A DNA stretch of 64,000 nucleotides, taken from the NCBI GenBank assembly GCA_036172245.1, contig JAYWIR010000043.1:124001-188000 (forward strand), given 5' to 3'. Position 1 is the first letter of the stretch. Each line of letters starts with the position of its first letter. Origin of the DNA: Raillietiella orientalis. Taxonomy: Eukaryota. Under the pieces are notes generated by a model. That model worked only from the letters and a program-made list of their open reading frames with translations. It was not told where the DNA came from and made no database searches. This document shows positions 12,384 through 24,612 of the stretch, piece after piece. Both the position numbers and the translations under genes were made by a program.

Positions 12384-15300
12384 GTCCGCACGAGAAAAAG
12401 CTTTCATTTTCGAAACACACGAATGCAGTACAGCATCGATGACCTGTTCCGTCTTGTCACACACGTGAACGGTCTTTTACGGCTGGGCATGCGTCAACTG
12501 TGAAGCGCGTCACTGTTGACGCATGCGCATCCAGAAACCATGTTTCCCGTCTTCCGAAAACTGCACGCTATGAGACGGTTCCAAGCGATCGGAAGAGGAA
12601 TCGGGAATACGCAGGGCTGTCTTTATCGTTCGCGGTTGCGTTGCGCCGGCCTGCAGACAGACCACCGGCCAGGTTGAGCGGAAAGTTCGGAAATCGGGGT
12701 AACTCGCTGCTGCTGCTGAGTAGGATGTAATTAGCGAGAGCGCTGGACGTGATCCTTGACGATGCCTTTGTCCCGAGCAAGCGGCATCTTTGCTTTGTTG
12801 CTGCGTGCAAAAGTGCGCATTAGCAGCACCTGCCAAAGTATTTGATGTAGAAGGAAGGGAAAAGAAAAGCTCTGCATAATCCCCAGCTAAGGATCCTCCG
12901 TGTTGTGGGCAGTGAAACCGCTACCCCGAAACGGATAGAGAGTCCTCGAGTTTTCCTTCGTTACCCACGGTTTCAGCTCAGCTCAGCTCAGCTCAGCCAT
13001 GTCGCTGGGATTTTTCACGCTTGCGTTCCCTGTACAAGTCCAGCATCCGAGATCCGCATGCAGGCATTGCTCGAATTGCGAACGCTCTGGGAGGATGTGT
13101 GTGAACCTGAGGTTCGGAAGCCATCGCGTAGCCTTCTTGGACGCGCGCCTGGAAGAACACGACACCATTTGAGGTTGCCAGTGGTAGCGGAATGCCTGAT
13201 CGACGAATGCGGATTTCCGTGCATTCGCGCTGGGAATTCGCGAAAACGTATAGAGAATGTAGTGGTATGATCTTGTCGGCTTGAGGCCAACCCATGGGAA
13301 TGGCGAGAGATGGGAAGGTGCCGGTTGCCGAAATCAAGGAGGCGGCATGCTATATGGTGGTGGCTCCACGATCCTCTTGCCTTCGGTTGCGTACCGTCAC
13401 GCTCTGGTCGGCTGCCTCAGCTACCCTGGGGTGCAACAACAGATCCAAGGATTGGACAACGGAGCACGGCCACGCTTAAGGAAGAGCAACTCTTTTTGAT
13501 TTGATGAAGGGAGCTCGTGGGAGCGTGAGGCCGCCAGAAGTCGGCCCCGCCGCAGCCGACCGATGGCGGCAACCTCGCCGGTGTGCTCAGCACGCCGAAA
13601 GCTCGCCGCCAAGGCTCCACTGGATTTGATCGATGTTGGTGGACAGGGTCGTGAGGAACTTGTCGAAACCGCTTCTGCAACGAAGACACATGATGCGCCA
13701 TGCACGAAACGCATAGCTGCCGAAGGTGGGTGCGCTGCTCACTCGTATGTCGTGTGCTCATCCTGACTGCCCAGCAGCGAACCAGCCACGCAGGAGAACT
13801 GAAACGAAGAACAGGCAACATGGGTATCCGAAGGAGGAAACGCAGCGTTTTCGAAAGGCACCACCACGGGGAAAGCGCACAGGCGAGGCTCACCTGCATC
13901 TCGCTCAGCGCACCGCCGTCCGGCAGCAGCGCGCGGTAATCGAGAGGCAGCGCTTCCGCGCCGCCGTCTGGCTCTTGCGTACGAAACCTGAGGAAGCACC
14001 GCGCGACGAATTGGTGTTGTGCGGTACTCTTGGATGCCGCCAGAGGGAACCTCGGTCTTTCCCCTCACTCTGGGGGCCACCGAGTGTTCTCTTACCTGCC
14101 GGGTGCATCCTGCTCGTTCTTGCTCTGTTCTTCGTCACCGAGCACCTGCGCGATGTTTTGAAGCCTGAAAAAAGGTGCAGGAGGAGAGCGCAACATGGAA
14201 GGAGAGCACGCTAGCAGCGCCCGGCGACTGGACTCACCGGAGCGTGCAGACGTCGAAGAGGCGGGCCTGCGTCAGTTCGCTAGCGATCTGAAAGGAAGGG
14301 AGAGGGACCGTGGGGAGGAGGAACGGACACAAGAGAGGATGCGCGGATGGCCGGCGAATGGAGGCTCACGCAGAGCACCGAAGAGAGAGGGCGAGCGCGA
14401 GTGGGAAGGAGCCCGAGCTGACTGCGAGACCTAAGTAGGCGCTTTGCCTGCTACGCGTAAAGCGAACCGCCACCGCGGCATTACGTCTTTGGAAGGGGCT
14501 CGTTGGGCGGCCGGGCGCACAGCAGACTCGACGTACGGATGGATCGTTCGCCGGGCTTCGGTGGGATTTTGCCGCCACTCCTCTTCCTTGCAGTCGTCCA
14601 CCTGCATGCTGCGATGCGGAAGAAGAAAAAAGGGGATGTTCGAGGAAAGGATGCGAGCTAAAGGGCAGGCTAACCTCGTCTTTTGCCTGTCCTCCCCCTC
14701 ATGCTCCAACAGTTTGCCCATGAGCGCGTGCTTCCTCGTGAACCCATCCTGCGACGGCACGTCCCCCGACTCGGCCTGCAGGATGTTCTGGAAAGAAGAG
14801 CGGGACGTGATAAGCGCACATCTCTTGCCCGATCTTTCGGCCGGCAATCAACGATCGACGGCCTCACCTGGACGATGGTTTTCCTCGTGCGATGCTCATG
14901 GGCATCCTTGGAACGTGAAGGGCAGGGGTGGGCCGGAGGGTCGATGGTTGTGCGACGCATCTGGCAGCCTGGAGTCTTGAAGCGGCTCTTGTTGGCATGC
15001 TGCTTCTGCAAAAGAGTCCGCCAAGCGGGTGGGCGTGAGAAAGCACAAGTCGATGTCGTTTGCAGTGGCTACGCCGAGCGCGAGCCCTAGGAAACGCGCG
15101 CAATCTTTCCGACTGCGGCACGGGACATGCGTCGTCTTTCGCACCTTGTCCGAACTTCTGCCCGCCAGTTTCTTCACCTGCTGGGACACGTGGGTGCGAT
15201 CCGGACGTCCCTTCCGTGTGATCCTGGATTCCTTTTCTACCTGGAAAGACGTGAAACACAAAAGAATGTCCGAAGTGGAAGTCAACGTCGCTCAAACATG

Positions 15301-18117
15301 TCGCGGCGATCGGGTGTGTCCACGTACCTGCAAGGAAGCGCGCGTCTTCTTGGTTGCGCCACCTTTCAATTCGCTGCCATCGCTCTTCTTCCGATCAGTG
15401 GTGCAGGAAGGAGCCGAGGCTTTTTGCGTACAGCGCGGGCCCCGAAGCATCGGAACTGTTTTCTGGTCGCGGGAGACGCGCGTTCGGGAGGCCGGCCGCC
15501 CGCCATCTCCGCCTGCGCATCCGTCCACGACTCGCCCAACTGAAAGCGGAAGAGGCTTTCACGCTGCCCACCTCTCGCCCCGGAACCTACCGCTGTCAAC
15601 AAGTCATCCTGCAACGTGGTGTCCTGCAGGGGCGACAGGGACACTCGTTAGGCAAGTAAGCGCGCAGCGCCCCCAACCGCTCCGCGAGCTCGCTCGGCGC
15701 ACCTTACCGCCCTTCCCAGAATGTCTCGGTTGCGGATTTCGTGTGCGTCGTCTAGCCCACTATCTAGCACGACTCTGGAGACTTCGCTCACCAAGGTCAC
15801 CAGCTGCTGCGCGGTAGAGGACAAGCAGTTCTGCTTGTCAGCAACCGGCAAAATAGCGACCAATTCCTGAGATGCAAAAATTAGGGCGAAGTTCAGGAAA
15901 GGTGTTAGTCGCGCGTGCGCAGCGGGCCAGCGCTTGCTGCTGAACGCGCGTGGTCACCGTTCGGCGCGGACCTCTCACCTCCAATGCTCGTAGCATCCAG
16001 CGATGTGTTGAAATGAGCCTGGAAAGAAACCAGGCATCCGGTGGCGATCCCGCGCTTCTGGCTTTCTTCTCGAGTTCTCTGCTCACGTTTCCGTAATGAT
16101 ACAGCTCAGCGCTCATTCTGGAGAGAAAGCCCCGTCTCCTCTCCATCCGACGCTTTCTATCTTTGTCGTCCTCAGGAAGGATGCACATCGGCATTCTGAG
16201 CAGTTCCTTCATGGTGTCCAACGTGCCGTCGATTCTGCTCCTAAGGAGGAGCAGAGCAACCCTGTACGCTGAAAGGCAGCTTTGGCCGCCCTGAGCGGTC
16301 CATCCTGCCGCTGGAATTTTGGTTTGCGGAATGAAAAATGCAAGCAGCGCAGGCGTTTCCATGGTGGTTTCTTTTCTTTTACAGATGAAGAGGAAAGTCA
16401 CAACCGAAGGAGAGGCAGAACGGATTTTGCACGTTTCGCGCGATGCCGATCCGCCTGCGCCGTTCCTTTCTTGCTATTGGCGAATTGCGAGGTCGCAGCT
16501 ACCAGCAGTTTGTCGTGTTGCATTTCGATTGATTGCTTCCTAGACGGAAGGAATCGTAGAGGATCCCCATCGGATTCCGGAATGATGTTGTCGGTCGCAT
16601 ACAGTTTCTACATTCCAAAGGACGGAGGGAGGGATCGAAGGGGAGGGGGCGATGAAAGGGATGGACTCGCTTTTTCCGTTTGTGGTCACGATGCCCGGGA
16701 TACGCGCACACGGGAAAGGCAGGTGCTGGTGCGTTCTAGTGCTGAGCCAATTTCCTGGAATGCGTGAATCGCCTGGATGGGAACCCGTATGAGTGAAAGG
16801 GTGGCTGCTCGCCAGGAGGGAGAATAGTCGGCCACCCTGCAGCAATTGCGAGGTTGGGTAGGGGAGATGTGCTTAAATGAAATTTTCTTGGTTTCCTGGT
16901 TTGCGTCGTGACTTGAGGTGCGCATGACGAGTGGGCATGGGTCGATGGTGGGAACGTGGTGCATGGATGCGCAATATTCGTAGATTCCTGTTTCCACGAC
17001 AAAGGGCCTGGGATTTTCTGAATTGCGTGGACATCTTGGGTATGCATTGGAAGAGGAACTGAGGAAAGGGAAGCGTTTGGCGGCACGCGAGTAGGTTCGA
17101 TGTGACCGGGTACATTTTCAGGGCGTCGACATTGGAGGTTGATGCATAGGTGAACCGAAATTCTCACCAATTGCAAATGCTTTCCGTTGCGACGTGAGCA
17201 ATGTGAATGCGAGGGAAGTGCGGGCGCTTGGATAGGAAAAATACAGGGAAGCAAGGAACGGCCCAGCTGGGCAGAGTGGAAAGAGAATTCGCAGCGCCAG
17301 TTCGCGTCTTTGGCAATCTAGCTGCCAGGGATCGAGCCAAGGTAGAAGAAGTGCTGCATATTGCAGGTAATGCGAAGAAGGACTCGGAGAAGGTGTGCCG
17401 AATGACTTGGTATGCTGACGTGATTGAAAATTTACAGGTTAAACACGTATGCATTTAACGTCGCTAGAGCCACCGCCACGTACATACAGCCGGGATAGCC
17501 CAGCGGGCTGCTTGCACTAAGCAAAGCATAGGCAGCCGGGGAAGAAGCGGGCCGAAGGGTGACGAACGGCGAAATTGAATAGACGAGGGATGGCGAAGAA
17601 ATGTCTAAAGCCGCACTTGGGAAGCGAAGAAAAGTCTCTAAGCTTAGCAAGATGACTTCAAGAATGTTGAACTGCGTTCCTGCATTTTGACAAAGTCGGT
17701 TGTCAGATTGCGGTTCCGGAAAAGAGAAAGCGCGATACGTCGAAGGCAGATATTTGAACGGGGGGTTCGGACAGGGAACTAGTTGGACGAAGGGGAGGTG
17801 GACCAGGGGAAAAAGAAGAGCGTAGCCATGCTCTTGCAGAATGCAAGGTAATGTGGTCCGTATTTTCAAAACCCTTTCCACTTTCATCCGTTTGTAAAAA
17901 CACATGGAATGCAGGACTGAATGTGGAAGTGGATTTTCTGTACTCGACGAATGGCTAGAATGCGAGACGTAATGCGAGTCTGTCGAAAAATGCTGAAAAC
18001 GCTAAAAGCATTGCCAGCCGTCCGCAGGCACATTCTGCTGCCAGCGACGCGGTATTCTTTCTTCGTTTCTTCTGGAGGCCTCTGCTGGTGTTTCCTAAAG
18101 GCAGTCGGCGCACCGCG
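12384..18117. repeat. Macrosatellite unit 3 (type A)
   Basis: Shares diagnostic variants with unit 1; has private indels near 16290-16395. Confidence 0.95.
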
Positions 18118-21100
18118 GTCCGCACGAGAAAAAGCTTTCATTTTCGAAACACACGAATGCAGTACAGCATCGATGACCTGTTCCGTCTTGTCACACACGT
18201 GAACGGTCTTTTACGGCTGGGCATGCGTCAACTGTGAAGCGCGTCACTGTTGACGCATGCGCATCCAGAAACCATGTTTCCCGTCTTCCGAAAACTGCAC
18301 GCTATGAGACGGTTCCAAGCGATCGGAAGAGGAATCGGGAATACGCGGGGCTGTCTTTATCGTTCGCGGTTGCGTTGCGCCGGCCTGCAGACAGACCACC
18401 GGCCAGGATGAGCGGAAAGTTCGGAAATCGGGGTAACTCGCTGCTGCTGCTGAGTAGGATGTAATTAGCGAGAGCGCTGGACGTGATCCTTGACGATGCC
18501 TTTGTCCCGAGCAAGCGGCATCTTTGCTTTGTTGCTGCGTGCAAAAGTGCGCATTAGCAGCACCTGCCAAAGTATTTGATGTAGAAGGAAGGGAAAAGAA
18601 AAGCTCTGCATAATCCCCAGCTAAGGATCCTCCGTGTTGTGGGCAGTGAAACCGCAACCCCGAAACGGATAGAGAGTCCTCGAGTTTTCCTTCGTTACCC
18701 ACGGTTTCAGCTCAGCTCAGCTCAGCTCAGCCATGTCGCTGGGATTTTTCACGCTTGCGTTCCCTGTACAAGTCCAGCATCCGAGATCCGCATGCAGGCA
18801 TTGCTCGAATTGCGAACGCTCTGGGAGGATGTGTGTGAACCTGAGGTTCGGAAGCCATCGCGTAGCCTTCTTGGACGCGCGCCTGGAAGAACACGACACC
18901 ATTTGAGGTTGCCAGTGGTAGCGGAATGCCTGATCGACGAATGCGGATTTCCGTGCATTCGCGCTGGGAATTCGCGAAAACGTATAGAGAATGTAGTGGT
19001 ATGATCTTGTCGGCTTGAGGCCAACCCATAGGAATGGCGAGAGATGGGAAGGTGCCGGTTGCCGAAATCAAAGAGGCGGCATGCTATATGGTGGTGGCTC
19101 CACGATCCTCTTGCCTTCGGTTGCGTACCGTCACGCTCTGGTCGGCTGCCTCAGCTACCCTGGGGTGCAACAACAGATCCAAGGATTGGACAACGGAGCA
19201 CGGCCACGCTTAAGGAAGAGCAACTCTTTTTGATTTGATGAAGGGAGCTCGTGGGAGCGTGAGGCCGCCAGAAGTCGGCCCCGCCGCAGCCGACCGATGG
19301 CGGCAACCTCGCCGGTGTGCTCAGCACGCCGAAAGCTCGCCGCCAAGGCTCCACTGGATTTGATCGATGTTGGTGGACAGGGTCGTGAGGAACTTGTCGA
19401 AACCGCTGCTGCAACGAAGACACATGATGCGCCATGCACGAAACGCATAGCTGCCGAAGGTGGGTGCGCTGCTCACTCGTATGTCGTGTGCTCATCCTGA
19501 CTGCCCAGCAGCGAACCAGCCACGCAGGAGAACTGAAACGAAGAACAGGCAACATGGGTATCCGAAGGAGGAAACGCAGCGTTTTCGAAAGGCACCACCA
19601 CGGGGAAAGCGCACAGGCGAGGCTCACCTGCATCTCGCTCAGCGCACCGCCGTCCGCCAGCAGCGCGCGGTAATCGAGAGGCAGCGCTTCCGCGCCGCCG
19701 TCTGGCTCTTGCGTACGAAACCTGAGGAAGCACCGCGCGACGAATTGGTGTTGTGCGGTACTCTTGGATGCCGCCAGAGGGAACCTCGGTCTTTCCCCTC
19801 ACTCTGCGGGCCACCGAGTGTTCTCTCACCTGCCGGGTGCATCCTGCTCGTTCTCGCTCTGTTCTTCGTCACCGAGCACCTGCGCGATGTTTTGAAGCCT
19901 GAAAAAAGGTGCAGGAGGAGAGCGCAACATGGAAGGAGAGCCCGCTAGCAGCGCCCGGCGACTGGACTCACCGGAGCGGGCAGACGTCGAAGAGGCGGGC
20001 CTGCGTCAGTTCGCTAGCGATCTGAAAGGAAGGGAGAGGGACCGTGGGGAGGAGGAACGGACACAAGAGAGGATGCGCGGATGGCCGGCGAATGGAGGCT
20101 CACGCAGAGCACCGAAGAGAGAGGGCGAGCGCGAGTGGGAAGGCGCCCGAGCTGACTGCGAGACCTAAGTAGGCGCTTTGCCTGCTACGCGTAAAGCGAA
20201 CCGCCACCGCGGCATTACGTCTTTGGAAGGGGCTCGTTGGGCGGCCGGGCGCACAGCAGACTCGACGTACGGATGGATCGTCCGCCGGGCTTCAATGGGA
20301 TTTTGCCGCCACTCCTCTTCCTTGCAGTCGTCCACCTGCATGCTGCGATGCGGAAGAAGAAAAAAGGGGATGTTCGAGGAAAGGATGCGAGCTAAAAAGC
20401 AGGCTAACCTCGTCTTTTGCCTGTCTTTCCCCTCATGCTCCAACAGTTTGCCCATGAGCGCGTGCTTCCTCGTGAACCCATCCTGCGACGGCACGTCCCC
20501 CGACTCGGCCTGCAGGTTGTTCTGGGAAGAAGAGCGGGACGTGATAAGCGCACATCTCTTGCCCGATCTTTCGGCCGGCAATCAACGATCGACGGCCTCA
20601 CCTGGACGATGGTTTTCCTCGTGCGATGCTCATGGGCATCCTTGGAACGTGAAGGGCAGGGGTGGGCCGGAGGGTCGATGGTTGTGCGACGCATCTGGCA
20701 GCCTGGAGTCTTGAAGCGGCTCTTGTTGGCATGCTGCTTCTGCAAAAGAGTCCGCCAAGCGGGTGGGCGTGAGAAAGTACAAGTCGATGTCGTTTGCAGT
20801 GGCTACGCCGAGCGCGAGCCCTAGGAAACGCGCGCAATCTTTCCGACTGCGGCACGGGACATGCGTCGTCTTTCGCACCTTGTCCGAGCTTCTGCCCGCC
20901 AGTTTCTTCACCTGCTGGGACACGTGGGTGCGATCCGGACGTCCCTTCCGTGTGATCCTCGATTCCTTTTCTACCTGGAAAGACGTGAAACACAAAAGAA
21001 TGTCCGAAGTGGAAGTCAACGTCGCTCAAACACGTCGCGGCGATCGGGTGTGTCCACGTACCTGCAAGGAAGCGCGCGTCTTCTTGGTTGCGCCACCTTT

Positions 21101-22565
21101 CAATTCGCTGCCATCGCTCTTTTTCCGATCAGTAGTGCAGGAAGGAGCCGAGGCTTTTTGCGTACAGCGCGGGCCCCGAAGCATCGGAACTGTTTTCTGG
21201 TCGCGGGAGACGCGCGTTCGGAGACGGCCGCCCGCCATCTCCGCCTGCGCATCCGTCCACGACTCGCCCAACTGAAAGCGGAAGAGGCTTTCACGCTGCC
21301 CACCTCTCGCTCCGGAACCTACCGCTGTCAACAAGTCATCCTGCAACGTGGTGTCCTGCAGGGGCGACAGGGACACTCGTTAGGCAAGTAAGCGCGCAGC
21401 GCCCCCCACCGCTCCGCGAGCTCGCTCGGCGCACCTTACCGCCCTTCCCAGAATGTCTCGGTTGCGGATTTCGTGTGCGTCGTCTAGCCCACTATCTAGC
21501 ACGACTCTGGAGACTTCCCTCACCAAGGTCACCAGCTGCTGCGCGGTAGAGGACAAGCAGTTCTGCTTGTCAGCAACCGGCAAAATAGCGACCAATTCCT
21601 GAGATGCAAAAGTGGGGCTGAGTTCAGGAAAGGTGTTAGTCGCGCGTGCGCAGCGGGCCAGCGCTTGCTGCTGAACGCGCGTGGTCACCGTTCGGCGCGG
21701 ACCTCTCACCTCCAATGCTCGTAGCATCCAGCGATGTGTTGAAATGAGCCTGGAAAGAAACCAGGCATCCGGTGGCGATCCCGCGCTTCTGGCTTTCTTC
21801 TCGAGTTCTCTGCTCACGTTTCCGTAATGATACAGCTCAGCGCTCATTCTGGAGAGAAAGCCCCGTCTCCTCTCCATCCGACGCTTTCTATCTTTGTCGT
21901 CCTCAGGAAGGATGCACATCGGCATCCTGAGCAGTTCCTTCATGGTGTCCAACGTGCCGTCGATTCTGCTCCTAAGGAGGAGCAGAGCAACCCTGTACGC
22001 TGAAAGGCAGCTTTGGCCGCCTAGGCAGTCCATCCTGCCGCTGGAATTTTGGTTTGCGGAATGAAAAATGCAAGCAGCGCGGGCGTCTCCATGGTTTCCT
22101 TTCTTTTACAGATGAAAAGTCACAACCGAAGGAGAGGCAGAACGGATTTTGCACGTTTCGCGCGATGCCGATCCGCCGGCGCCGTTCCTTTCTTGCTATT
22201 GGCGAATTGCGAGGTCGCAGCTACCAGCAATTTGTCGTGTTGCATTTCGATTGATTGCTTCCTAGACGAAAGGAATCGTAGAGGATCCCCATCGGATTCC
22301 GGAATGATGTTGTCGGTCGCATACAGTTTCGACATTCCAAAGGACGGAGGGAGGGATCGAGGGGGAGGGGGCGATGAAAGGGATGGACTCGCTTTTTCCG
22401 TTTGTTGTCACGATCCCCGGGATACGCGCACACGGGAAAGGCAGGTGCTGGTGCGTTCTAGAGCTGAGCCAATTTCCTGGAATGCGTGAATCGCCTGGAT
22501 GGGAACCCGTATGAGTGAAAGGGTGGTTGCTCGCCTGGAGGGAGAATAGTCGGCCATCCTGCAGC
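18118..22565. repeat. Macrosatellite unit 4 (type B, partial)
   Basis: About 4.45 kb of the unit, then joins the LINE relic. Confidence 0.95.
20165..22033 (-). pseudogene. Decayed reading frame of unknown function in the macrosatellite unit (equivalents at 2990-4859, 8713-10582, 14431-16401)
   Basis: ORFs 21380-22033, 21026-21376, 20630-21019 and 20165-20581 lie in one frame: about 620 codons with only 4 internal stops. No domain recognised. Confidence 0.45.
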
Positions 22566-23065
22566 GGTCTCGAGGGGGAGATACTCGCGTCCAAGCACTG
22601 AGAAGGAACGACAAGTTCTTCGTTGAGTATCTTTAGTAGCTCGCTCCTCCGAATAAATCTTTTGGCAAGAATGTGAGGCTTGGCAACTTCTGCCAGGGGC
22701 AACTTCGTCTAGGCTCCCTGCAGTCGAGTTTCGCTCTCGGTTTTCAAGCTCCCTCCCACCACGCCGGTAGGTCACGGTTTTTTCACAATATCAGTGCCTA
22801 TAGTGCTTCGTCGAGGGACATGGCGGCTACGCGTGTCCACTTGTCGTGAGCTTGCAAGAATTCCCTCACTGGACAGTATAGGAAAGTTTGTCGCAACGGA
22901 GTTCCAAACGGAACACATTTTGTTGCGGTGCCCTGGACAATAAGGCTTTCTGCCTCTAGGCTTTGAGGTTCGTCGTCCTGCTGGAGGTCCACGAACGCCT
23001 TCTCAGAAGCCTGGCGATCTGCTTAAGAGGGTAGTCTATTCCTCTCAAGACGCGCTTCGTGAGCA
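22566..23065 (-). mobile_element. Old relic of L1/Tx1-like ORF2 C-terminal region
   Basis: IDYPLKQIARLLRRRSWTSSRTTNLKA and LAEVAKPHILAKRFIRRSELLKILNEELVVPSQCLDASISP align with L1-E FGFPLKPLYRLLEAQGWISCRPTNFQA and LADAATPRHVPKGLLRWSEHLSVPLEELVVPPSCLNTSVFP. Confidence 0.75.
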
Positions 23066-24612
23066 GGTCGGCCGGCAAGGCAAAATTACCCGTGCCGCGT
23101 TCGAAAACTTTACGCGAATGCACGGTCGTATTGGAACGAATTTCCTTTTCAGAGGATGCCACCCGGGGCTACAATCCTCTTATTGCCGTTTCCGCCTCGT
23201 CCGAGGTTCGCGACGGCAAACCCTCTGTGTACACTGAGGGTAAGCCGCCAGACGCGCGAACCGACAGCAAGGACGGCACGTTCGCGTAGGCGGCGGAGGA
23301 GCAAGCGAACACGCTGGATGAGCGTGAGAACCCCTCTCGCAAGGCCGTGCGAAGGCCGGATCCGGCAAAGAAAGCCGCCACAGGTGAGTAAGACCTGGGG
23401 GCCGGAAGTACATCCTCCACCTCGGAAGCACCCCACAGGAAGTCGGGACGCAAGTCCCAGAAACGCAGGGGGCGCCTCCCCTCCACTAGCGAGGAGGAGA
23501 AGCCGGAAGGAAGCGGCAGCGTGGGAACTCCGCAGGAAGAATTTCCATGCCCGGAAGCCGTCCAGCAGGCCACCCCTATGGAGGAAGGTAAGCAAGCAAT
23601 GGGGTGGAGTCCTCCCTGCAGTCGCCGATCCTGAACAGCGTGCCTTCATGGAGGAGGGCCAACAGGTTGGCGTGACTCCACCTGAGGGTGACTCGCCCGA
23701 AGCGCCGTCACCGATGGAGGAGGGGGACCGGGTGCCTTCACCACCTGTCCCTCCTCCTCCTCCTAGCGTCCCTCACCAGCAGGTGGCGGACGCCGCATCG
23801 CCATCCTCTCAGGACTAACACCTCGGTTCGCTAGTCGCCGCCCGATTCGAACAGCCTGTTGGAACGTCAACAAGCTGCGCGATGACGGCAACAGGCGGGA
23901 CACGGCCGACACCCTGTGTGACTTGCAATGCGGTGCTCGCAACACCTGTGGCGTCGCGTTTTTTATGGAGCCAGCAGTCGCTTCCTTCGTGAAGGACGTA
24001 CGATTCGACAAGGACAGTCTGGTTGGCCAGCTTATCCTTAGGTGGTCGGACTCGATCGACCTTGTCGTGACTAATGTGTATGCTGCGAACGGAGGACGCG
24101 TGTACGGGGAACGTTCCCGGTTCCTTGAAACCTTGAAGCGCGACTGGCTGGCGGATACAAACGTACGCAAGGCACATCTCACTGGTGGGGATTTCAACAT
24201 CCGCCTGCTCTCAGGTGTGCCTTGCAGGCAAAAAGACGCAACCAACGAGTTGTGCGCCGCCATGCGTACGCGCAACTTGCTGGGGGACCTACCGGAAATT
24301 GCTCAAAGCGTACACCACGTCTTCCTTGACGCCAACTCGTGCCCACGGATCGGCAGACGAGGGAAACTTCTGTCGACGCTATCGGACCACCTCCGGTTGA
24401 TAATCGGAATTATGCCACGCGACAAAGGACCACCATCCAGGGCGTGGCGTATGCCAGAAAACTTACGCGCATCTCCGGTGCGGCGGAACATCTCCGTCAG
24501 TTCCTGAGAGGCGTCATCCTCCGCAACCTAGAAGATTGGGACCGCATGAAGGTCTCGGTCAGCGAGTTCTGCGAAGATTTCCTATTGCACCGCCTGCCCC
24601 GGAGATTTGGAG
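23066..24612 (+). mobile_element. L1-A: 5'-truncated, degraded L1/Tx1-like element (ORF1 C-terminus plus APE endonuclease), interrupted by L1-B
   Basis: RSKTLRECTVVLER and PMEEG repeats; ORF1 stop at 23816-23818; EN motifs TCGVAFF, VTNVYA, GDFN, SDH in ORF 23923-24507. Left boundary approximate. Confidence 0.85.

Larger units (their letters stand above)
944..22565. repeat. Tandem macrosatellite, ~5.72 kb unit, 3.8 copies visible (left end lost in the gap)
   Basis: GTCCGCACGAGAAAAAGC recurs at 944, 6666, 12384 and 18118 (periods 5722, 5718, 5734). The ORF track repeats almost identically. Similarity fades at about 22565. Confidence 0.98.

Noticed and set aside
944..22565. Array as an rDNA, 5S, snRNA, tRNA or histone gene cluster
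   Set aside because: I found no conserved rRNA, 5S, U1/U2/U6, tRNA box or histone sequence in the unit by eye. A covariance-model search would be needed to exclude a divergent RNA gene.
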